From Arenicellales bacterium (GTDB lineage: Bacteria > Pseudomonadota > Gammaproteobacteria > Arenicellales > JAJDZL01): a DNA stretch of 64,000 nucleotides. Below the pieces are notes generated by a model. It saw only the letters and a program-made list of their open reading frames with translations, ran no database searches and was not told the DNA's origin. Positions 37,885-46,227 of this stretch are shown here, piece by piece. A program made the translations under genes and the position numbers. How positions within the stretch are numbered: the stretch's first letter is position 1; the number at the start of each line of letters is the position of its first letter. The stretch spans positions 1,221,845-1,285,844 of the forward strand of contig CBDEUN010000003.1 in the NCBI GenBank assembly GCA_965243305.1, in the 5' to 3' direction.

Positions 37885-39915
37885 GTGAATATCAGAGAGA
37901 TACCGATAGTGAAAAACAAATACCTGACGAAATCCAGATTCAAGCTGGCAACCGAATGCCCAACGAAGCTCTTCTACACTGGGAAAGACAAGGAATATGC
38001 CGACCAGAAATGCGATGATGACTTCCTTCTCGCACTGGCTGAAGGCGGTATTCAGGTGGGTGAACTGGCCAAGTGCTACTTCCCGGATGGTCACGATATC
38101 AAATCTCTCGATTACGAGAAGTCTTTGGAGAAAACCAACCAGTTACTCATGTTGAATCAGGTCACGATATACGAAGCGGCAATCGCGACCGATAATCTGT
38201 TCATCCGTGTAGATGTTCTGGTCAAAGACAAAAACAGACTCAGTCTCTATGAAGTTAAGGCCAAATCCATTGAGCCGGAAGAGGAAAATCCGTTTATCAC
38301 CAAAAGAGCTAAAACAATCAATTCCGAATGGAAGCCATATCTCTACGATGTTGCTTTTCAGAAACTTGTCACTAGACGGGCTCTTCCTCAGTACGACGTT
38401 TCAGCTTATCTGATGCTGGCTGATAAATCTGCGAAATGTCCGACTGATGGCCTCAATCAAAAGTTTCATCTGGTTAAAGACAGCAATAAGCGAGTCTCTG
38501 TCTCCGTATCGGAAAGCCTGACGGAAGAGGATTTGACACCGCCAATTCTCTGCAAGGTGAATGTAGACGCAGAATGCGAAAAGATGTATTCCGACACATA
38601 CGATTGTGGTGAGCAATCGCTCAACTTTGAACAATGGGTTGACTGGCTCGCAGACCACTATGTTTCGAATAGAAGAATCCGAACACCGATATCAACTGCT
38701 TGCGCCAGTTGCGAGTTCAAAATATCGGAAGATGACGAACGGTCCCAATTGAAAAGCGGATTCAAAGAATGTTGGACAGAAGAATTAGGTTGGAATGATG
38801 AAGATTTCAAATGCCCAACTGTACTCGACGTGTGGGATTTGAGGACTAAAGACAGTCTAATTCAAAAACGCCTCATCAAAATGTCCGACCTTTCCAAAAA
38901 GGACATTGAACCAAAGAATCCGACACCGGACAGTAATCCGGGTATTAGCAGATTAAATCGTCAGTGGCTTCAGATTATGAAAGTCAAAAGCAAGGATAGT
39001 TCTTTTTGGTTGGATCGAGAGAACCTTCAAAATGAGATGAACAAGTGGGTATTTCCACTTCACTTTATTGACTTTGAAACTGTGAAATTGGCCATCCCAT
39101 TCAACGCAGGACGCAGACCGTATGAGGAAATCGCTTTCCAGTTTTCCCACCACATCGTTCGCAAAGATGGCACTGTGGAACACTACGGTGAATATTTGAA
39201 CAGGGAACCCGGAGCATTTCCGAATTACGAATTTGTGAGAAATCTCAAAGTTCAGCTGGAAGACGACAATGGAACTATTTTTCGATATTCCCACTACGAA
39301 AACACTTGCCTCAACAATATTCACCATCAGCTTCGGGAAGATCAGCGGAAAATCGAAGATCGGGAGGAACTGTGTCGGTTCATCGAATCAATCACTCAAC
39401 CACCAAAGAAATCTAAAGAGAATTGGCTCAATGATCGCAACATGGTGGATATGTTGGAAATCGTTAAGCGCTACTATTACGACCCCGCTACCAATGGTTC
39501 CAACTCAATTAAAGACGTGCTTCCGGCAATTCTGAACGGATCCACCTACCTGCAGAAAAAATACTCAGAATCAATCTACGGATCTCAAGATGGAATTCCC
39601 AGCCATAACTTCAAAAATAAGCAGTGGGTCGAAATTAAAGAAGGGCAAGTAGTCGATCCATATAAAAAGTTGCCCCTTATGTTTCAGGATGTTTCAGAAA
39701 GAAACATGCGAAACTTGGTCTCGACCAATGAAGAGCTACGAGAAGGCGGTGCTGCCATGATCGCTTATGCCCGGATGCAATCGGAAGAAATGTTGGATTT
39801 TGAGCGTGAGGAAATTCAAACTGCACTCCTCAAATATTGCGAATTGGATACCTTGGCGATGGTTATGATCTATGAAGGTTGGAAGGATCTTCTGCAACAG
39901 GAACAACAAAACTGA
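37885..39915 (+). CDS. DUF2779-family protein: N-terminal PD-(D/E)xK (Cas4/RecB-like) nuclease + C-terminal RNase-H-fold exonuclease-like domain
   Basis: N-domain: YLTKSRFKLATECPTKLFY, RVDVLVKDKNRLSLYEVKAKS (D...ExK), and cysteines CASCEF...KECW. C-domain: LHFIDFETVKLAIPFNAGRRPYEEIAFQFSHH and CELDTLAMV. GTG start at 37885 or 37909. Confidence 0.65.
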   Translation: MNIREIPIVKNKYLTKSRFKLATECPTKLFYTGKDKEYADQKCDDDFLLALAEGGIQVGELAKCYFPDGHDIKSLDYEKSLEKTNQLLMLNQVTIYEAAIATDNLFIRVDVLVKDKNRLSLYEVKAKSIEPEEENPFITKRAKTINSEWKPYLYDVAFQKLVTRRALPQYDVSAYLMLADKSAKCPTDGLNQKFHLVKDSNKRVSVSVSESLTEEDLTPPILCKVNVDAECEKMYSDTYDCGEQSLNFEQWVDWLADHYVSNRRIRTPISTACASCEFKISEDDERSQLKSGFKECWTEELGWNDEDFKCPTVLDVWDLRTKDSLIQKRLIKMSDLSKKDIEPKNPTPDSNPGISRLNRQWLQIMKVKSKDSSFWLDRENLQNEMNKWVFPLHFIDFETVKLAIPFNAGRRPYEEIAFQFSHHIVRKDGTVEHYGEYLNREPGAFPNYEFVRNLKVQLEDDNGTIFRYSHYENTCLNNIHHQLREDQRKIEDREELCRFIESITQPPKKSKENWLNDRNMVDMLEIVKRYYYDPATNGSNSIKDVLPAILNGSTYLQKKYSESIYGSQDGIPSHNFKNKQWVEIKEGQVVDPYKKLPLMFQDVSERNMRNLVSTNEELREGGAAMIAYARMQSEEMLDFEREEIQTALLKYCELDTLAMVMIYEGWKDLLQQEQQN

Positions 39916-40124
39916 AAGCGCAGAGAGTATCAGCCAACTTGATCGAAACTAAAGTAAAGAATGTCAATTCCCTACGGGTGGTCGCACTCGTTTATGCAGT
40001 TGACCTTTTCAGCAATATTCCAGTACATAATATCCGCCCAATCGAACGTATGGAATCTGAGCGACAAGAACAAAAACGCGCCCAGACGAATGAAAAAAAC
40101 TAGTTGACATTACTTGGACTTGGA

Positions 40125-41432
40125 ATGAGTAGTTTCGTGTCTGATGCGAATGTGTTATTGTGGGGACGCCGAATTGGTGCAGTTTCCTGGGTGGCAGAGC
40201 GTTCCATTGGCATTTTTCAGTACGACCCGGAATTTGTCGGTGCGGGAATTGAAATCTCACCAATTGTTCTGCCCGTTCGGGAGGAGCCGTATTCGTTTCC
40301 AGCTTTGAATGCAGAGACATTTAAAGGGCTACCTGGAATGGTTTGTGATTCGCTGCCCGATACTTTTGGCAATTCGATAATCGATGTCTGGTTAGCAGAA
40401 ACGGGACAGCCCCATGAAAATTTCAATCCAGTGGATCGGTTGTGCTATGTTGGCAAACGCGGAATTGGCGCTCTGGAATACAGCCCTACGTTACGTGACG
40501 AGTGGCAAAACGAGGTCGAGATAGCGCAGTTGGCCGACACCATTGACAGAGTATTTGACGATAGAAGCAGTCTGGATGGTAGATTATTCGGCAAAGATGA
40601 TCAAGATGTTCTGGAAAGTGTGTTGAGCGTAGGAACTTCTGCCGGCGGCGCGAGAGCTAAGGCAGTTCTTGCCTGGAATCCAGCAACGGGACGGTTTCGA
40701 TCCGGTCAAATCAACATACCTGCAGGTTACGAGCATTGGCTGCTGAAATTCGATGGAATTTCCAGTGACCGAAACAACGAATGGACGGTCCCACAAGGAC
40801 ATGGTCGCATTGAATTCGCGTATTACCTGATGGCCCGACAGACAGGAATTGAAATGTCAGAGTGCCGACTTCATCATGAGGGTGATCGGAGTCACTTCAT
40901 GACCCGACGTTTTGATCGGGATAGTGATGGGCGCAAAATTCACATGCAATCTCTAGGAGCATTGCGACATTTTGATTTTAACCAGCCAAGCAGCTATGCC
41001 TATGAGCAGGTTATGCAGACGATCCGAGAATTGGGACTTGGAATGTCTGCGATTGAACAGCAATTTCGGCGAACAGTGTTCAACATTGTGGGACGTAATC
41101 AGGACGATCATGTCAAAAACATTGCGTTCCTGATGGATCAGAACGGGAATTGGAGCCTTTCACCTGCTTACGATGTGGTTTACGCATATCACCCCACGAC
41201 TCTTTGGGCCCGCGATCATCAATTGAGTGTTGGGGGTAAGCGCGATAATTTTGAAATGGAAGATCTGCTCAATTTTGCTGAATTTTCAGGACTAAAAAAA
41301 TCAACTGCTCGTCGTATCGTCGCTGAAATCTTAACAGTGGTGAGCCAATGGCCACAATTTGCAAAAGAGGCCGGGGTTGACGAAAAGACGATAGGGCGCA
41401 TCGGTCAAATCCATCGAACAAAACTGAAATAG
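40125..41432 (+). CDS. hipA: HipA-family serine/threonine kinase toxin (full length, with N-terminal HipA coupling domain)
   Basis: SVGTSAGGARAKAVLAWN and GRNQDDHVKNIAFLMDQNGNWSLSPAYDVVY are the catalytic/activation motifs. The N-terminus VLLWGRRIGAVSW...FQYDPEF is HipA-like. The likely start is ATG 40125. The ORF opens at TTG 40104. Confidence 0.85.
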   Translation: MSSFVSDANVLLWGRRIGAVSWVAERSIGIFQYDPEFVGAGIEISPIVLPVREEPYSFPALNAETFKGLPGMVCDSLPDTFGNSIIDVWLAETGQPHENFNPVDRLCYVGKRGIGALEYSPTLRDEWQNEVEIAQLADTIDRVFDDRSSLDGRLFGKDDQDVLESVLSVGTSAGGARAKAVLAWNPATGRFRSGQINIPAGYEHWLLKFDGISSDRNNEWTVPQGHGRIEFAYYLMARQTGIEMSECRLHHEGDRSHFMTRRFDRDSDGRKIHMQSLGALRHFDFNQPSSYAYEQVMQTIRELGLGMSAIEQQFRRTVFNIVGRNQDDHVKNIAFLMDQNGNWSLSPAYDVVYAYHPTTLWARDHQLSVGGKRDNFEMEDLLNFAEFSGLKKSTARRIVAEILTVVSQWPQFAKEAGVDEKTIGRIGQIHRTKLK

Positions 41433-41558
41433 CTCTAATTCGTTTCTCGCTGCAAAAAGGGCTACAGCTACGGTGTATGACTGGAACTCGGTTGGTTTTT
41501 CCAGAGTTTGCGATTTAGCGTCAAAACCTGCTTCCACCGCCCTCCACAGAAGAATTGT

Positions 41559-41599
41559 TTTGTCACTCAGTTGACAAAGAAAACTACGTTCACTAAAAT
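41559..41599 (+). promoter_or_regulatory. Predicted sigma70 promoter (TTGACA-N17-TAAAAT) overlapped by a 7-bp inverted repeat TTTGTCA-N6-TGACAAA upstream of the ROK regulator
   Basis: The -35 is at 41571-41576 and the -10 at 41594-41599, with a 17-nt spacer counted by hand. The inverted repeat is at 41559-41578. The element lies 38 nt upstream of the TTG start at 41638. Confidence 0.4.
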
Positions 41600-41637
41600 T
41601 TGCTAACAGTTAGTTATTAATTGAAAAAGAATAATTT

Positions 41638-42888
41638 TTGACTGAATCATCTATTCATACGACGGCGGCACTTCGCAAATTCAATCGCAAAGCGATTCTG
41701 ACTGAAATTTGTCTTCGATCTTCAGTATCCAGAACTGGTTTGGTTGCTGCAACAGGGCTCACCAATACCGGTGTTTCCCGCATAACTCGAGAATTGATAG
41801 AAGTGGGATTGGTCGAGGAAGGATCCCAACTTCCAAGACACGGCGTTCCGGGACGAAAAGAAACCGAACTCTCAATCAGTGGCGCCATCGCACATATCAT
41901 CGGAATCAGTCTACATGTTGACAGTCGACAAATTGTGCTTGCGAACGCGCTTGGCGAAATCAAGGATCACGTCAACCTAGACCTTTCATTTTCTGAACCA
42001 CCCGCTCGTATCATTGCCCGGATTGGAAGCCTGGTTCTTGAGCTGATCGCTCGTAATCATTTACAAAAACAGCAAGTGATCGGAATTGCACTTTCATTGG
42101 CAGGAAAAATCGATCCTTTGCGAGGGATTTTGAAAGACTCACGAATTTATCAATGGCAAAATCTCCCGATTCGCGATCTCCTGCGTGCCGAAGTTGGAAT
42201 TCCGGTTGCAATCGAAAACCTGAATAACGTCATTAATCTCGCAGAATCCTACTTTGGACAGTCACAGGACTGCGACAATATTCTGGCATTCCGGGTGGGT
42301 ACAGGCTATGTTGGGGCCAGTTTGATGCTTGACGGAAAACTGGTACGCGGACGAAATTCAGCCGCTGGACTGATTCATCATGTTCCGATGAATGCCAGTT
42401 CTGTTGCCTGCGAGTGCGGTCAACGCGGATGTATCAATACAGTGTCTTCTGGTTTCGGCATTCTTGCTCAGTATAAAAATCAGAAAAAAGTCTCTTTCAC
42501 ACCCGGCGATTCCTTTCATAACACTGAGGAAATCACTGCGATTGTCGAAGCCGCTGCAACGGGTGAACGTAAGGCACGCAAAATAATGAGACAGGGAGGC
42601 GAATGGCTGGGGCAGTATGCGGCGCAACTGGCAGAGGCAATTTGCCCGGAAGCAATAGTCATCGCCGGTAAAATCGGACGGTCCCCTGATTACATGGAGG
42701 GCTTCAATGCCGCGTGGAAACAATACGCCTCACGCGAGAACCACAGAGCGGTTGAAATCATTCGATCGTCCAAATCCGTGATTGAAGGAACGGTCCAGTT
42801 CGCAATCGATCGTTTTTTGCTCTCAATGGACCTGGACCTGGAACCGCTCAAAGAGATCGTTGATGGAAACGATCAGATGTTGGCATGA
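41638..42888 (+). CDS. ROK-family transcriptional regulator (NagC/Mlc-like)
   Basis: N-terminal wHTH (SVSRTGLVAATGLTNTGVSRITRELIEVGLV), a sugar-kinase-like fold, and Zn motif CECGQRGCINT. TTG start. Its stop overlaps the sulfatase ATG (ATGA). Confidence 0.85.
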   Translation: MTESSIHTTAALRKFNRKAILTEICLRSSVSRTGLVAATGLTNTGVSRITRELIEVGLVEEGSQLPRHGVPGRKETELSISGAIAHIIGISLHVDSRQIVLANALGEIKDHVNLDLSFSEPPARIIARIGSLVLELIARNHLQKQQVIGIALSLAGKIDPLRGILKDSRIYQWQNLPIRDLLRAEVGIPVAIENLNNVINLAESYFGQSQDCDNILAFRVGTGYVGASLMLDGKLVRGRNSAAGLIHHVPMNASSVACECGQRGCINTVSSGFGILAQYKNQKKVSFTPGDSFHNTEEITAIVEAAATGERKARKIMRQGGEWLGQYAAQLAEAICPEAIVIAGKIGRSPDYMEGFNAAWKQYASRENHRAVEIIRSSKSVIEGTVQFAIDRFLLSMDLDLEPLKEIVDGNDQMLA

Positions 42889-43320
42889 ATCAGAGCTGCG
42901 ACAAACCCAATATTTTGTTGCTGATGGTGGATCAAATGACGATTCGCGCGATGAGCTTCTATGGCAATCCAGTCGTAAAAATGCCCAATCTTGAAAAATT
43001 GGCAGCCGAGAGTCTGTTGTTCGAAAACGCATATTGCGCTTCACCGCTTTGCGCCCCTGCCCGGTTTTCACTGCTGACTGGAAAGCAGTCGGTCAATATT
43101 AATGCCTTTGATAACGCTAGTGAATTTCCGGCGAGTACCCCTACGCTGGCTCACTACCTGCGTAGCTGCGGTTACGCAACTATTCTGTGCGGCAAAATGC
43201 ACTTCATTGGCCCGGACCAGTTGCACGGCTTCAACGAAAGACTGACCACCGATGTTTATCCATCTACCTATGCCTGGGTACCTCACTGGGACAAAGGTGC
43301 GAGCTATATCACTTCCGGCG

Positions 43321-43325
43321 TTACT
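43321..43325. repeat. Target-site duplication TTACT (left copy)
   Basis: The same pentamer abuts both IS ends, and each copy lies in the codons GTT ACT of the split sulfatase. Confidence 0.75.
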
Positions 43326-45083
43326 CCCTAATCCTCAGTTAGAGACTGCCAGCGGCGGCTAAGGCGAGATTTTCGGCACTCTGGCGGTTCGAAGCGCCAG
43401 GATTTTCCAAACCATCAAGCCACACACCGAAATCGGTGACCATTTTACCCGGCTGAACCCACTGCGAAGCGAATCTGGCGGCTCAGCAGCAAATCCGGCG
43501 CAAGCCTGTCCCTGACAGTAGACTGACTGCCATGATCTGTAGTGTAAAGCCGTTTCAGAACGAATGAGAAGTCAGGACAGGCTGCAGCGGCGGATGGCCC
43601 AAAGCGACTGTTCCAGGACAGGAAGTTTGGCCGCACTGACTTTCAGGGTCCACTGCCGCGCATGGCGAACCACCTGTCCGGCCATCGCATACAGTCGGTG
43701 ACGGAAACTGATCGCCCGCACGCCATACCACTCCTGCGGCAGTTTCATGCGCATCAGCGCAAGCAGATTGAAGGCAATCGAAGACAGAAGCAGGTACGCG
43801 ACATTGGCTTTGAACTCGCCGCACGGCAGATGCGCCGCGCTGAAGTCACTGCGAATTTCCTTGAGCCGGTTTTCCGAGCTGTCCCCTCTCTGGTTGTACC
43901 ACCATACAATCTCGCCGTCACTGAAGCGGTCCAGGTCCAGATCGGTCGCAATCGCCCGGTAGATGTACCTGCCGCTGACCGCACTTTGCACATCGACCTG
44001 GTGCAGGCCTTCATTTTTGAAAACCATCTTCAGCTGCTCAGTCCCGTCAGGCATCCCAGCGTCGGCCGGCAGCTTGTCCCGCACCCATTTTTTCTGCACC
44101 ACCAGACAGAAAGCCTCAGGCACATCTTCCATCACATGCAGCGTACGGGCCAGATACTCGCCTTCCAATACCGCACCGTCGGCATTCACAACCGCATTCC
44201 AATCCTCATCCTTAATGTCCAGTACCGTTTTCTTCACCGCACTGTCCATCTTCGCCCGAATCGCAAAACGGATGCCGTGTGCGCGGCAATCATTGATGAT
44301 GCCCGCCTGATAGGAGGCGGCATCGGCCCGGAAGCGAGTGACACCCACCCCTTCGGGCAGCGCCGCGCGGCAGCGCCGGAAAAACTCAACATTCTCAGCC
44401 CCAGGCGGCACATTGCCCTCGCGAAGCTCAGCCGCAGCCACCTGACCGGTCTCGGCAATGTGACCGAACATCGGCATGTACCCGCGATGCTTCTTATACG
44501 TCCACTTCGCGTCTTTTTTCTTCGACCGAATCGCCGATGCGTCAATGTCCAAAGTGACGCACTTTCGATCACCCAGCGTCGCTTTCATCACCGCGCGGTT
44601 GACCTGCTCGAGAACCGAGATCATCTGTCGACTGTCGCCGACTCTGTGAAGCCATCCACCCAGCGTCGTGGCACAGGGAATCGTCCCAAAACCCAACAGC
44701 TTCATCAGCGCCGGTTCACTGCGCAGGTGGCGCACATCGTCGATGCACCCCGCACCTTCGTGGAACATCAGCATGAAGGTATTGAAAATGGCGCTGTGCC
44801 GGTAGCCTCGATTGCTGCCGGGTGTGGGCATTGACGAATCAATGAGCTGTGACAGCTCAAGGCGCTTGAGCAGTTCGGCTGGCACCACCAGACCGGCTCT
44901 GGAGGTGAAATTGTGGCAGCTTGCCGCAGTGTTGTATGGTAGAATCTTCATAAGCCTTGCGAAATCTGAGAGCCGTTTCGAATTCACCCATTGGGTGAAT
45001 GCCGAATTGGGCGTTTTTTTCAATATCTCTCTGATTTTACAGGGCTTTATCATTTTCTGCAACTTTTTATTTGCGGATCAGGG
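43326..45083 (-). mobile_element. IS1380-family insertion sequence (1758 bp)
   Basis: A single DDE transposase ORF. The terminal inverted repeats are CCCTAATCCTCA (left) and CCCTGATCCGCA (right, reverse complement), a 10/12 match starting with CC. It is flanked by the 5-bp TTACT duplication. G+C is visibly above the host (38/60 at 43621-43680). Confidence 0.85.
43572..45062 (-). CDS. IS1380-family DDE transposase
   Basis: 496 aa. LDIDAS..., YMPMFGH, and the C-terminal WWYNQRGDSSENRLKEIRSDF...FKANVAYLLLSSIAFNLL are typical of IS1380 transposases. The start is TTG 45062 or ATG 45053. Confidence 0.85.
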   Translation of the reverse strand: MQKMIKPCKIREILKKTPNSAFTQWVNSKRLSDFARLMKILPYNTAASCHNFTSRAGLVVPAELLKRLELSQLIDSSMPTPGSNRGYRHSAIFNTFMLMFHEGAGCIDDVRHLRSEPALMKLLGFGTIPCATTLGGWLHRVGDSRQMISVLEQVNRAVMKATLGDRKCVTLDIDASAIRSKKKDAKWTYKKHRGYMPMFGHIAETGQVAAAELREGNVPPGAENVEFFRRCRAALPEGVGVTRFRADAASYQAGIINDCRAHGIRFAIRAKMDSAVKKTVLDIKDEDWNAVVNADGAVLEGEYLARTLHVMEDVPEAFCLVVQKKWVRDKLPADAGMPDGTEQLKMVFKNEGLHQVDVQSAVSGRYIYRAIATDLDLDRFSDGEIVWWYNQRGDSSENRLKEIRSDFSAAHLPCGEFKANVAYLLLSSIAFNLLALMRMKLPQEWYGVRAISFRHRLYAMAGQVVRHARQWTLKVSAAKLPVLEQSLWAIRRCSLS

Positions 45084-45088
45084 TTACT
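45084..45088. repeat. Target-site duplication TTACT (right copy)
   Basis: See the left copy at 43321-43325. Confidence 0.75.
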
Positions 45089-46227
45089 TGCGCCTCAATA
45101 CTGGAAGCTGGTCCATGCGTCCGGTCCATGCAAATGGATTACGATGACGAAGTTGAATACCGCGGAGTTCAGAAACTCTACGACTTGGCCAGGTCCAACC
45201 GTGAACAGCCCTTTTTTCTGACGGTTTCATTCACCCATCCACATCACCCATTTACGATTGGTCAAGACTACTGGGACCGATATTCGCACGCCGACATCGA
45301 TCTGCCTGCGGTTGGTGAAATTCCGTTTGAAAATCTGGATTACCACAGTCGGGGTCTGTATTTTGCACATGGTCGGCACCTGCACAAAATTACTGCTGAA
45401 CATGTCAGAAATGCCCGGCATGCGTATTACGGTATGCTGTCGTACTTGGATGACAAGATCGGCCGACTGTTGGAAGTGCTGGATGAAACAAACCTCGCAC
45501 AAAACACGCTCGTCATATTCACTTCCGATCATGGTGAGATGCTCGGAGAAAGAGGCATGTGGCACAAACACCACTTTTTTGAGCCATCCATTCGTGTTCC
45601 GCTGACCCTGCGCTGGCCTGGAAGAATTGATCACCGTAAAGTTGCTGAGCCAGTTTCTCATATCGATCTGCTACCTACACTGATGGATATGTTTGAAGTG
45701 GACGATGTGCCGGAGAAATTTGACGGTCAAAGCCTGCTACCGCTACTTGAAGGTGGAACAGTCGAACATCCGATAATTGCTGATTACCTGGCAATCGGCC
45801 CTTGCGTGCCCTGCCGCATGGTGCGAATCGGAAAATACAAGTACATGTACACCCACGGCAAGGACGAACAGTTGTTCGATCTGTCCGACGACCCGCAGGA
45901 AGAGAAGAACATTGCCAATGAATCAGGATATCTACAGATCAAAGCGAAGCTAAAGCAGGCTTTGCACGAATCATGGAATCCAGAGGAAGTCGATCAGCGA
46001 GTCCGGCTAAGCCAGCGAAGGCGTATTGCCATTAACGACACGCCAGGGGAATCGCCCAGTTGGGACTACATCTACCGCAAAGGTGACAACGAGCGTTTTG
46101 TGCGAAACCGTCAGGTGGACAGTACCAAAGGCAAATACCAGCTGCCACGGACATCTCCAATTCCCCCTGACCTGCCATCGTTGAGCCAGGTTCAAATTGA
46201 TGACGCAATGAGACAGGGTGTGCTGCC

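Noticed and set aside
39879-40103. 74-aa ORF just upstream of hipA, considered as a possible hipB.
   Set aside because: It starts inside the DUF2779 coding region and has no helix-turn-helix pattern. Its composition (EQKRAQTNEKN tail) looks like a chance ORF.
43662-44834. 390-aa plus-strand ORF antisense to the IS1380 transposase, plus others at 43754-44014, 43963-44310 and 44234-44572.
   Set aside because: These are shadow ORFs in GC-rich IS DNA. Only the 496-aa minus-strand frame shows transposase motifs.
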